A program made the translations under genes and the position numbers. Shown here piece after piece: positions 12,994-23,555 of a stretch of 40,089 nucleotides of DNA (position 1 is the first letter of the stretch; every line of letters starts with the position of its first letter). The notes beneath the pieces are model-generated. The model made no database searches and was not told the DNA's origin. It saw only the letters and a program-made list of their open reading frames with translations. This stretch comes from Proteromonas lacertae. Its lineage: Eukaryota. The DNA lies in assembly GCA_002245135.1 (NCBI GenBank), contig NGBS01000316.1, forward strand, positions 62,001 through 102,089. The letters are read 5' to 3'.

Positions 12994-13692
12994 ATGAGTT
13001 ATTTTGAAGATGAAAATATAGAAGGATTAAAAACATGTTGTCGTACATGTGGCACTATATACAATCTTTATGAAATGGGAAGAAAATCAAATGGTTCTAT
13101 ATATAAAACTTGTATAGCATGCAGAGAAAAATTACGATTACAGTATAAAAATAAAAAGGAGTCTGTTCCATCTTTATCTGAAGAAAAAGGGTTAATTAGT
13201 AATCCATATTTATCAATTAATGATGAAATTGATAGAACAAGATTTGCTAAGTGTGGTAAGTGTAAGAAGATGTTTAGACTAACTGATTTGACTAAAAATA
13301 CTAAAACTAATGAATATTTTCATCAGTGCAATCAGTGTAGAGCATATTGTAAGTGTTATAAGAATTTATTAAAACAAAAGAAATCAATTCTTAATTTAAT
13401 GCATGAGGTATTTCAGTGTAGATGCTGTTCATTGTTCTATGATAATGATTATTTAGGTAAAGAAGAATTAAATGATAAAGTTATGACATTTTTATGTAAA
13501 GGTTGTCTTAGATTTAAGTTAAGATTAAAAACATATAAAAATTTATATAAAGATGAAGTTATAAGTGATAGTCAACTGATGAGATGTTATTATTGCGGTA
13601 TGTTGAGAAAAAAAGAAATAATGACTTATCAAAACATTTGTAATATCTGTATTAAAAAATACCATCATTGTTTAAAAAAACATTCAATATAA
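12994..13692 (+). CDS. Viral zinc-ribbon protein with four CxxC...CxxC units, probable paralog of the upstream gene
   Basis: CRTC..CIAC, CGKC..CNQC, CRCC..CKGC, CYYC..CNIC. Confidence 0.8.
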   Translation: MSYFEDENIEGLKTCCRTCGTIYNLYEMGRKSNGSIYKTCIACREKLRLQYKNKKESVPSLSEEKGLISNPYLSINDEIDRTRFAKCGKCKKMFRLTDLTKNTKTNEYFHQCNQCRAYCKCYKNLLKQKKSILNLMHEVFQCRCCSLFYDNDYLGKEELNDKVMTFLCKGCLRFKLRLKTYKNLYKDEVISDSQLMRCYYCGMLRKKEIMTYQNICNICIKKYHHCLKKHSI

Positions 13693-13762
13693 TTTTTTTG
13701 TTAAATATATAGTTATTGTTTTATTTAGGTATTTCTTATCATATTAGAGTTAAAAATATATA

Positions 13763-14110
13763 ATGAATATTTCATCAAATACATCTTTAATGAATTCATT
13801 AAAAGATGTATCAACTACAATTGATTCACTTAAAAATGAGATGTATATAGTATTATTTTTGTTAGGTTTATGGGTTTTAAATAAAATTAAAAAAATATGT
13901 GTGTATTTATATCGGAGACATTGCCCAGAAGATATATCAAAAATATTAGATGAACCTGTAACACCAATAACAACAATACCAATGTCGACTTTTATGACTA
14001 GATCAATGCCTCCACCTTCACCAAAAGTATCAAGAGTTCATTCAAATAGATCACTTAATACATATATAGAAGATATTGATATAGATATGAATGAAAAAAA
14101 GAATAATTAG
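13763..14110 (+). CDS. Viral small single-pass membrane protein
   Basis: MYIVLFLLGLWVL hydrophobic stretch followed by basic residues and a Pro/Thr-rich tail. Confidence 0.65.
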   Translation: MNISSNTSLMNSLKDVSTTIDSLKNEMYIVLFLLGLWVLNKIKKICVYLYRRHCPEDISKILDEPVTPITTIPMSTFMTRSMPPPSPKVSRVHSNRSLNTYIEDIDIDMNEKKNN

Positions 14111-14242
14111 TATATAATATATATATAACTTATATAATAGATATAAAACCCAAAACAAAACAAAAAAATAATTCAATTCTTTAAAGTACCTTTTTAATAT
14201 AAAGATAAGGTATAACTTAACAAAGTGTTTTTTATGATTTGT

Positions 14243-15844
14243 TTATTGTAAGAAATCATCAAATATACTACCATCATAAGCTGGACTAAATTCAATATCA
14301 TCTGGTTCATTAGTGATTATATTACCATCTTCATCAAAGTTTAATTCAGGATTTTCTTCTTTTAATTTTTGTACATATACTTTTTTTAAAGCAGCTATTT
14401 GCTTTTCCAATTCATTCTCATATTCCAATTTTCGTTTGAAGACATCATACTGAACTTGACCTGAATTCTTTACAATTGTACCAAACGGTTTTGGTACAAT
14501 CTTTACCAAAGGTTTCGGAGGTAATGGTGGTGGTAGTGATTGATTTATTATTGGTGGTGGTTCATTAATTGAAACATCTATTTTCGGAGCTATCGGTTTT
14601 AATGATGGTTGAATAAATCGATTTCTTGTTGCCCAATTGTGTTTGGTATAATGTTCCGGTTCTGATTTTGCTTGCTCTATTTCCTTTATAGTATTCGGAT
14701 TAATGATACTTTTTGGTGTACTAATATTATCATCATTATCCTTAGATTTATCTGTTTTTGATACATCAGCAGCTTTTGGTACATCAACCATTTTATCAAT
14801 AACCTTTACATCAACAACTTTATCAACCTTTTTATCAGCAATAACTTTAGCTACATCATCCTTTTTATCAACAACTTTTGGTGCATCAACAACCTTTTTA
14901 TCACTAACCTTTTTATCATCAACCTTTTCAGCATCAACAACTTTATCAACCTTTTTATCAACAGTAACTTTAGCTACATCAACCTTTTTATCAACAACTT
15001 TTGGTACATCAACAACCTTTTTATCACTAACCTTTTTATCATCAACCTTTTCATCATCAACAACTTTATCAACCTTTTTATCAGCAGTATCTTTAGCTAC
15101 ATCAACCTTTTTATCAACAACTTTTGGTACATCATCAACCTTTTTATCAGCATCAACTTTAACATCCTTTACATTATCAACCTTTACATCATCAACAACT
15201 TTAGCTTTTACAATGTTTATTTTAATGACTTCATTATCATCATCTTCAAAATCATCATCTTCACATACCCAGTCTGTTTCTTTATCATTTAATGCTTCAT
15301 CATTTAATTCTTTGAGACTCTTTTTAGCCTTTTTAGCAGATGGTTTCCTTGTAACAACTTTACGAATTTTTTTAGGTTTATCATTAGTATAAATATCTAC
15401 ATTATCATTGTTTGATTTTCTCTTTACACCACCTAATAATTTTACATCTGAATCAAAGTTGTGTCCAACAGCATATGGACTTATTGATAAAACATCATCT
15501 AGACCTTTAAAGACATTAGCATTTACATAAGACGGATTTTTGTTAATACAACTAAAGAAGTGGTTTATTGCTTCTGCATACTGGATGACTGATGTTAAAG
15601 ATAATAAACTTGGTGAATTGGAATAATGAATGTATTTAATTTTATCATCACAAAAATTTATTATATGTGATGATAACATTTTAATCTTGATCCATTCTTT
15701 TACATCTATGGCATTGTAGCTCTTTCTACTAAACCACTGAGCTATACCTTCATGTTGCTGAGACTTCTTAACAACTTTTGATGTTTTTGATAAAGAATTT
15801 TCTTCTTCAACTCTTGGTGAACTGTGCTTAACACGAATACTCAT
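14243..15844 (-). CDS. Viral hypothetical protein (533 aa) with K/D/V tandem repeats
   Basis: Long ATG-initiated ORF with a globular-looking N-terminus, NLS-like KPKKIRK, DKKVD repeats and a Pro-rich/coiled C-terminus. Confidence 0.8.
   Translation of the reverse strand: MSIRVKHSSPRVEEENSLSKTSKVVKKSQQHEGIAQWFSRKSYNAIDVKEWIKIKMLSSHIINFCDDKIKYIHYSNSPSLLSLTSVIQYAEAINHFFSCINKNPSYVNANVFKGLDDVLSISPYAVGHNFDSDVKLLGGVKRKSNNDNVDIYTNDKPKKIRKVVTRKPSAKKAKKSLKELNDEALNDKETDWVCEDDDFEDDDNEVIKINIVKAKVVDDVKVDNVKDVKVDADKKVDDVPKVVDKKVDVAKDTADKKVDKVVDDEKVDDKKVSDKKVVDVPKVVDKKVDVAKVTVDKKVDKVVDAEKVDDKKVSDKKVVDAPKVVDKKDDVAKVIADKKVDKVVDVKVIDKMVDVPKAADVSKTDKSKDNDDNISTPKSIINPNTIKEIEQAKSEPEHYTKHNWATRNRFIQPSLKPIAPKIDVSINEPPPIINQSLPPPLPPKPLVKIVPKPFGTIVKNSGQVQYDVFKRKLEYENELEKQIAALKKVYVQKLKEENPELNFDEDGNIITNEPDDIEFSPAYDGSIFDDFLQ
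14770..15200. repeat. Coding tandem repeat, about 123-bp (41-aa) unit, roughly 3 copies, built of DKKVD sub-repeats
   Basis: DKKVDDVPKVVDKKVDVAKDTADKKVDKVVDDEKVDDKKVS recurs with few substitutions. Confidence 0.85.
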
Positions 15845-16004
15845 TTTTTAAAAAGTAAATGCGAAATAAGTGATGAGAAAATAGGAAATGAAAAATGATT
15901 TCAGAATCAAGAGAAACCGTTTTTATAGAAATGTTTGATGATTTCAAGCTTAATTTAATAAAATCAAAAATATTAAATGATATAGTTAATTTAATTTTTT
16001 ATTT

Positions 16005-17168
16005 TTATGTATATCTTGAATTAGGTCTTATAGTTCTACCAAAAGAACTCTTTCTTATGTTTTTAGGTACAACATATGCTACTATATCATTTTTATCACT
16101 ATCATTTTTGTTTGAATTTATGCTTTTTATTGCACTTAATCTAAATCTACCTTTAGTTTTAATTGCATTCTTAATTTTTCTTAATTCATAAGGTTTAAAT
16201 TTAAATAATCCAAGGTTTTTAGGATTAAATTCAGAAGGAATTGATCCATCTATATTCTTTAATGAATAAGAAAAAGGTGTCTTTTTATCAATCATATAAA
16301 CTTTATCACTAAAATATCTGCTTTTATCTAATTTATTTCTTCTTCTCTCTTTAACTCTAACATATTCATTTTTATTAAATTTAGTATCTTTTAATCTTCG
16401 TTCTTTATTTCTTTGCCTTGATTCTTTATAAAACAAATCTTGTAATTCAAAATCATTATGAACTTCATTTGGTGTATACCCATTAAGCGAACTATGTGGT
16501 TTTGAATTATAATATAATACTACAGTATTTACTATATTAATTAGACCATTAAGATTATTTAATTTATTAAATTCTTCATCATCTAAAGTATTTAAGTATC
16601 TATAGAACATATTTTTGATAGTTCTTACTGCACTATCTAGTATCTTCATTATATTATGTTCATCAGTATCTTTCATTATAAATCTAATATTGTTTTTATT
16701 AAATAGCTGTAAGAACTTATTACCATATATCACACCTGATTCTTGATCCATTAAAATAGAACCTACAAATCTAGCATTTTCATCAGTATGTGCTAAATCT
16801 TGATAAAACCATTTTTCAAATACTGGAAATACGCTTGATTCAGTTTTACTTTTAACATAATATATCCACACTTTTCTACTAACTACTTCAATAATAAATA
16901 AAAAAGGTATGTTTGTATTATTGAAAAAAATAATATCCATTTGATATGAACCAGGTATCTTTTCTATCTCATACTTTATTTTTATTCTATTTTTAACTGC
17001 TACTTGATAATCTGGTTTTGATTCAACTAACTCTTTAGCAGTTCTTGTTATATCAGGTTTTGAATACTTTGATGATAATTCATCAACACTAAATTTTATA
17101 AAATCACTTTTATTTAAATAACCAAAGTCTTTATATAATTCATTTATTTTATGTTGTAAATCAGACAT
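16005..17168 (-). CDS. Retroviral-like (rve) integrase of Polinton/virophage type
   Basis: GSYQMDIIFF, FIIEVVSRKVW, ILMDQES, ILDSAVRTIK, YYNSKPHSSLNGYTP and SH3-like FNKNEYVRVK. First ATG is at 17168. No chromodomain seen. Confidence 0.92.
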   Translation of the reverse strand: MSDLQHKINELYKDFGYLNKSDFIKFSVDELSSKYSKPDITRTAKELVESKPDYQVAVKNRIKIKYEIEKIPGSYQMDIIFFNNTNIPFLFIIEVVSRKVWIYYVKSKTESSVFPVFEKWFYQDLAHTDENARFVGSILMDQESGVIYGNKFLQLFNKNNIRFIMKDTDEHNIMKILDSAVRTIKNMFYRYLNTLDDEEFNKLNNLNGLINIVNTVVLYYNSKPHSSLNGYTPNEVHNDFELQDLFYKESRQRNKERRLKDTKFNKNEYVRVKERRRNKLDKSRYFSDKVYMIDKKTPFSYSLKNIDGSIPSEFNPKNLGLFKFKPYELRKIKNAIKTKGRFRLSAIKSINSNKNDSDKNDIVAYVVPKNIRKSSFGRTIRPNSRYT

Positions 17169-17218
17169 TTTATTTAAAAAATAAAACAAATATATAATAA
17201 TAAAGAATTATAATTTTT

Positions 17219-20200
17219 TTATTTTTTATGATGTCTATCTTTAAGCCACTTATAATATAATTCTATATCTGCTTTACTTAAACGACATCTAGTAGGATCA
17301 ATACCATTACTTAAAATTGTATTAAAAAATTCTTCTCTTGCTTCATCACTACTAAATCTTAATGTATGTAATTGTGAATTATTATTTATATCATTATCAT
17401 TTCTAATAGGTTTATAAAAAGTATTATCACCTACAGCCATAATTGAATCTGGATCATCATCATAATCTTTTTCTTTTTCAGTATTTGTTACTGTAACTAA
17501 TTCTTTATTATTTGTAGCTGCTACTTCATTTTGTTGATTATTAACTAATGTTATATCAATTTTTCTTCTTTTGTTAATACTTTTTGTTTTAACTTTTTTA
17601 TTATCATCAGTAATAAAATCTTTGTTATAATATTTTGAATTTTTACGTCTCTCATCATTACTTCTTAATACTCTACCTGGTAATGGTGGTGGTGGTTCAT
17701 TAATTAATGTTTTCTTTCTTCTTACAGTTTTCTGTTTTTCAGACTCTTCTAATTCTTTTAATCTTATTTCTTTTAATCTTTCTCTTCTTGCTGCTTTTTC
17801 ATCTCTTGCAAGTTTTTCTTGTAATAATTTTAATTCTTTTTCTTTCTTATCTGCCTCTGAAGCATTTTTTATTGTATGAAGAATATTATTAATAACTTCT
17901 GTTGTTTTATACCCACCATTTTTAACTACATCAATTGCTTTAGATGTAAGATTTATAAAATCATTTAACATATTTCTTCCATTTTCTTCTATATTTATAT
18001 AATGATTTTGAATAGTAGGTTGTGGTGGTGGAGGTTCTTCAATTGGTTGAGTCTCTTGTACATTAGAAATATCTAAAGGAGGAACTTGATGATGAGGTAC
18101 TGGTAGTGACGGTGGTAGTGGTTCTTGAATAGGTAATGGTTCTTGTATATCTTCTATATCATCTTCTATTTCATTATTGTTATCATGAAGTGATATAGTA
18201 GGAATTTCAAATGTTTTACTACTTTTATTTTTCTTACTTCTATTATATTTTCTTTTCTTATTTTTATAAAATGAATAAGTATTTCCATCTTCATCTTCAT
18301 AAACACCATCATCATTATAATCTGTAATAAAATCTTTATATTTTGATGGCCTTTTTTTAATTCTTTTACCTAATAATGAATCATCTGTATTTGTTTCTAC
18401 ATCTCTAGTAACTTCATTTACAGTATTTGTTGATTCATCATTTAATGAAATAGGTAAAGGACTAGTTGATTCATCATTTAATGAAATAGATATAGGACTT
18501 GTTGATTCATCATTATGTGGTGGTGGGGCAGGATGATTAATTATTATAGGTGGTGGAGGATGTATTTCTTGTTGGCTTTGTAATTGTTCTAACTGGTTTT
18601 CTAATTTCTCAATTTCAAACAAATATGTATCTCTTTCTTTTTCTAATTCATAAATTGTTTGATTCATTATTCCTCCTTGTTGAGATATTTGTATTAACTG
18701 TTCATTTATTTGTTTTTGTATATTTTTTAATTCTTCTTGTAATCTTTCTCTCTCACGTATTTCATCTTGTAATTGATTTTCTATTTCTCTTTGTCTATTT
18801 ATATTATCATTTGGTTCAATATCTATATTATTTCCCATTATTAATCTGATTCGATGATTATTAGAATTTATAATATTAGTTGAATCACTAAGAATTAATG
18901 AATTATCATTATTATTAATTATTAAATCAGTTGATCCGTTATCTATAAATGTTCTTGAAGGTGTATTGTTTAACGAAACAACTAAAGGTTGCATATCATT
19001 ACTAGGAGGGAATATTACTCTTAATCTTCTATTAACTGTATCAGTTGATGTACTAGTATCTGATACTGATGGAGGAGGTTCTTGTATTTCTACATCATCA
19101 TATCTTTGATGAATTAAATCTCTATTTGTATATTGATTTACATTATTATGAGGTCTTGTACTAGTTAATATTCTTCTAGGTGATCTAACAATTGAATCTA
19201 TATGATTTCTATCATTAACTATTCCTATATTTGGTATATCAGTTGATGTACTAGTATCTGATACTGGTGGAGGAGGTTCTTGTATTTCTACATCATCATA
19301 TCTTTGATGAATTAAATCTCTATTTGTATATTGATTTACATTATTATGAGGTCTTATTCTAGTTAATATTCTTCTAGGTGATCTAACAATTGAATCTATA
19401 TGATTTCTATCATTAACTATTCCTATATTTGGTATATCAGTTGATGTACTAGTATCTGATACTGGTGGAGGAGGTTCTTGTATTTCTACATCATCATATC
19501 TTTGATGAATTAAATCTCTATTTGTATATTGATTTACATTATTATGAGGTCTTGTACTAGTTAATATTCTTCTAGGTGATCTAACAATTGAATCTATATG
19601 ATTTCTATCATTAACTATTCCTATATTTGGTATATCAGTTGATGTACTAGTATCTGATACTGGTGGAGGAGGTTCATGTATATGTACAACATCATTAATT
19701 TGTGTTCGAAGTCTATTCTTTTTTCGTTTTTTATCTATTACTAATCTTGTTCCATCTCTTGATCTGTAATTATCTCCTGTACCACTTGTATCTACATAAT
19801 AATCATTTAATCTTCCTGGTAAATGAATTTCATCTCTATTTCTTAAATTAGGTCTACCACTATCATTAATTTGAATATGAGGTGAATTGACTGGTGAGTT
19901 GACTTGTGATATAAGTGGTGAATTAGGTGATGGTGGATTCACTACTGGCGGTGGCGGATTCACTATTGGTGGACCTCTACCTGGTGGTGGATTTATTACA
20001 CCTCTACCTGGTGATGGATTTACTACGCCTCTACCTGGATTTACTACAGGAACTCTAAATAGTGGGCCTCTACCTGGTGGTGGATTTACTATACCTCTAC
20101 CTGGATTTACTACAGGAACTCTAAATGGTGGACCTCTACCTGGTGGTGGTGGATTCACTATTGGTGGTCCTCTACCTGGTGGTGGTGGATTCACTATTGG

Positions 20201-21451
20201 TGGTCCTCTACCTGGTGGTGGATTTACTATACCTCTACCTGGATTTATTACAGGAACTCTAAATGGCGGGCCTCTACCTGGTGGTGGATTTACTATACCT
20301 CTACCTGGATTTACTACAGGAACTCTAAATGGTGGACCTCTACCTGGTGGTGGTGGATTCACTATTGGTGGTCCTCTACCTGGTGGTGGTGGATTCACTA
20401 TTGGTGGTCCTCTACCTGGTGGTGGTGGATTCACTATTGGTGGTCCTCTACCTGGTGGTGGTGGATTCACTATTGGTGGTCCTCTACCTGGTGGTGGTGG
20501 ATTCACTATTGGTGGTCCTCTACCTGGTGGTGGATTTATTACACCTCTACCTGGATTCAATATTCCACCTGGTGGTGGATTTACTATACCTCTACCTGGA
20601 TTTACTACAGGAACTCTAAACGGTGGTCGTCTAGCTGGTGGACCTCTACCTGGTATTATTACACCATTACCTCCTGGAACTAAAAGAATTCTACCTCCTG
20701 GTGGTGGTACTGGTGGTCCACCTGGACCTGGACCTGGTATATTAGGTGGTGGTACACCTCCACCACCTGGTGGTGGAGGTGGTGGACCTCCTCCTCCTCC
20801 TCCTGGTGGACCTCCTCCTCCTCCTGGTGGTCCTCCACCACCGCCTGGTGGAGGTGGTGGAGGTGGTGGTGGTGGTGGAGGTGGTGGAGGTGGTGGTGGT
20901 GGTGGAGGTGGTGGATGTGGACCTCCTCCTCCTCCTCCTCCCCCTCCTGGCAGTCCTCCTCCTCCACCACCTGGTCCTCATCTTCTTCTCGTATAAATAA
21001 ATCTAGGATTATGTCGATAAAATTCATCACCTATCATAACTGATTGTTCTACAGGTCCTAAATATTTATCTACATCAGCTGCACTTGCTTTTCCTTGTCT
21101 GATTGCATCTTGATATATTTCAAAGTTTTTCTTTAGTCTATTTTGATTAGGTCTATTTCTTTCAATGTTATTGATTATATGTTCCATTGCTTCATTCATG
21201 TTATTTGTTCTTTTTTGATTTACATTTTGCATATATTCTTTTTGATTAAATTCATTAAAAGCTTCTTCTCTTGCTTTATTTCTTTCAACACTATTCATAT
21301 AATACTTTATCAATTCTGCTTCACTATTCTTTTTAACATGTTTATTGAATCTCTTTACCTTTGCTCTTCTTCTAATACGTTTTAATATTCGCTTCATTAA
21401 TAAATTAGTCATCTTTTTAGATAACTTATTTTTTGATTTTTTATTACGCAT
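17219..21451 (-). CDS. Viral large Pro/Gly-rich, coiled-coil, largely disordered protein (1410 codons) interrupted by one in-frame TGA at 20978-20980
   Basis: ORFs 20978-21475 and 17219-20560 are in the same frame. Manual translation of 20977-20561 shows no further stop and no ATG. First ATG is at 21451. Confidence 0.75.
19041..19675. repeat. Coding tandem repeat, 198-bp (66-aa) unit x about 3.2, near-identical copies
   Basis: TCAGTTGATGTACTAGTATC recurs at 19041, 19239, 19437 and 19635. Confidence 0.95.
19940..20977. repeat. GC-rich coding repeats: 36-bp NPPPPGRGPPIV units, FRVPVVNPGRG variants, poly-Gly/poly-Pro (P23) tracts
   Basis: Repeated GGTGGTGGATTCACTATTGGTGGTCCTCTACCT, plus (GGT/GGA)n and (CCT)n runs. 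Confidence 0.95.
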
Positions 21452-21515
21452 ATTATATATGTATATAAACCACAAAGAATTTTAATAATAAAAATAGTAT
21501 TAATATTAATCTAAG

Positions 21516-22082
21516 TTAATATATAGGTAGTATTGCATCATCACCAGGCATTTTAGCATCTTCTGGAACTGGTTCTAAACCATCCTTTTTATCACCTATG
21601 CTGAATGGATCATCACTACCAGGTACTTTAATAACTTTCTTTTTATTAACAGGTTTTTTAACTGTATCAAGTGTACATGTCTCATCAACATCTAAATCTT
21701 TTTCTACATCTTTAATATTTAAATTATCTAATGCTTTTTCTCTTCTTCTCTTCTCATATAAATTTTTCATTCTTGTTGCTCTAGCTTTCTCTAAATTTTT
21801 AATTCTTTGTAATCTAGCTTCATCACTCAGTCTTATATTCTTTTTAACTGATTGTCTTGTTGGTATATAATTATTATCAATATCATCTAATTCATTAACC
21901 TCAGATTTATCATTAACTAATTCACTTTCACTTTTATTTAATCTATATAATAACTCTGCAATTTCTCTATCAGTTTTACTCATATCTTGAGCTAAAGGTG
22001 TGTTATAATCATCTTCATCAGATGAATCACTATGATAATAATCACGTGTACTTATTATTTTTTTATTTTTATTACTATTCAT
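21516..22082 (-). CDS. Viral hypothetical protein (188 aa) with charged helix
   Basis: ATG-initiated ORF with SDEARLQRIKNLEKARATRMKN, a charged helix of a kind I associate with PLV/virophage hypotheticals. Confidence 0.7.
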   Translation of the reverse strand: MNSNKNKKIISTRDYYHSDSSDEDDYNTPLAQDMSKTDREIAELLYRLNKSESELVNDKSEVNELDDIDNNYIPTRQSVKKNIRLSDEARLQRIKNLEKARATRMKNLYEKRRREKALDNLNIKDVEKDLDVDETCTLDTVKKPVNKKKVIKVPGSDDPFSIGDKKDGLEPVPEDAKMPGDDAILPIY

Positions 22083-22148
22083 TTTTTATTATAATACAAA
22101 ATTATAAAAGAATTTTATGAATGAATAATATATAATAATATTTTATTA

Positions 22149-22919
22149 TTATTTATGCTTAACACTATAAGCTAAAAAGTTTTCTAAATCAAGTTGTGGA
22201 TTATAAATACCTTTTTTATTAAATCCACAAGGTTTTGTTAAACCATTATTAACAGGCATACTTCTTACTCTTCTTCTCTTACCTGCACCATTACTAACTG
22301 GCATTCTTCTTGCAATTAGTTTTCTTAAACCAGCACCATTTTGTTTATATCTTAAACCACCTCTAACTCTTCGTTTACCATAACCGAATTTTGATGATGT
22401 ATTATACACTTTATCAGCTACATCAGCAACTTTATCAAAACCTAATGTATTAGCAACATTACGAGCTTTTCTTGCTATATTGCTTATATACTTCTTCTCT
22501 CTCAATGCACTATTAATCTCTTTTGCTTTTTCAATACCATTTTTAAATTTGTCAGAAGTTACAAAATCTTTAACTTTTGTTATTCCTGATTTTATCCAAC
22601 TACCTAAACCTGCTGATCTAATCAATCTACCATCATTAGCAAACCTATATCTTCTAGTTGTTCTTACTTTTCTTGCTTTTCTTGCATTTCTTCTTTGTTT
22701 TACTTGTCTACAATTTATAGTTAATGAGATTCCATTAGTTTTTCTTCTTCTTAAAGGACATCTTCTTGTAGTAGTTCTTCTAGTTGATCTTCTTCTTCTT
22801 CGTCTACCATAACCCATATTCTCAATACTATCACCAATTGCTGGTCCAGCAAATGGTATTAACTTTGCTGCATTTGATAAAATTTTTGATTTTTTTAACC
22901 AATCTTTAAACTTACCCAT
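22149..22919 (-). CDS. Putative virion core / membrane-lytic precursor (adenovirus pVI/pVII-like): Arg-rich, amphipathic helices, GxG protease-site motifs
   Basis: MGKFKDWLKKSKIL and GLGSWIKSGITKVKDF amphipathic segments; MGYG-RRRRRR, FGYG-KRR, NGAG-LRK, NGAG-KRRR, VRGG-L. Lies head-to-head with the protease gene. Confidence 0.65.
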   Translation of the reverse strand: MGKFKDWLKKSKILSNAAKLIPFAGPAIGDSIENMGYGRRRRRRSTRRTTTRRCPLRRRKTNGISLTINCRQVKQRRNARKARKVRTTRRYRFANDGRLIRSAGLGSWIKSGITKVKDFVTSDKFKNGIEKAKEINSALREKKYISNIARKARNVANTLGFDKVADVADKVYNTSSKFGYGKRRVRGGLRYKQNGAGLRKLIARRMPVSNGAGKRRRVRSMPVNNGLTKPCGFNKKGIYNPQLDLENFLAYSVKHK

Positions 22920-22991
22920 TGATATATATGTTAAGAAATCTATAAATAACTGGTCATTAAATAAATTCTTAATATATTAAAAATATTAAAT

Positions 22992-23555
22992 ATGAATATA
23001 TTCACTAATGTTTATGCTTATGGTAGTAGAGTGATAGATAGTAATAATATTAAAACAGATGCAATATCAAATCATGACATAATTAAAATAATGACATTTT
23101 TTCCTGCAGCTAATAAATATTTTAAAGGTGTATATTTATGGAATGAAAATCAATATATTAATAAATATAAAGATTGTAATAAATGGTGTGTTATACTATG
23201 CACAAATAAAACAAGTGATAAGAGATCAAAAATTGGTCACTGGGTTAGTTTAATTATTGATAATGATAAAAAAGAGATATTATATTATGATAGCTTTGGT
23301 GAACCACCAAAAGAAATAAAAAAATTTTATAAAAGAATGCAAAGATGTAAGAAATACCCTGATGAATTATATCAAATTAAAATAAATAGAGTAAAACATC
23401 AAAGAACTAATAGTGCAAGATGCGGATATCATGCAATTTTATTTTTATTATCAATATTAGATAATAATAAAACATTTAAAGAAGCAACTAATTTTAATAC
23501 AATTGAAGGTGAAGCTAAAGCAAAATTATTACAAAATAAATTTAAAATGATTTAA
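22992..23555 (+). CDS. Adenain/Ulp1-like (clan CE) cysteine maturation protease
   Basis: GHWVSL (His), YYDSFG (Asp), HQ..NSARCGYH (Gln, Cys). Confidence 0.92.
   Translation: MNIFTNVYAYGSRVIDSNNIKTDAISNHDIIKIMTFFPAANKYFKGVYLWNENQYINKYKDCNKWCVILCTNKTSDKRSKIGHWVSLIIDNDKKEILYYDSFGEPPKEIKKFYKRMQRCKKYPDELYQIKINRVKHQRTNSARCGYHAILFLLSILDNNKTFKEATNFNTIEGEAKAKLLQNKFKMI

Noticed and set aside
14703..15392. 229-aa Ser/Thr-rich plus-strand ORF resembling a mucin
   Set aside because: Antisense shadow of the DKKVD repeat gene.
19041..20640. Regular repeats as a possible CRISPR array
   Set aside because: No unique spacers; units are multiples of 3 inside an ORF; eukaryotic context.
20978..20980. Genome-wide TGA reassignment
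   Set aside because: TGA terminates another element gene (12900-12902) and long ORFs lack internal TGA.
19887..21030. Gly-rich plus-strand ORF and poly-His/Glu, poly-Thr/Arg, poly-Val ORFs
   Set aside because: Alternate-frame and antisense products of the GC-rich Pro/Gly repeats.
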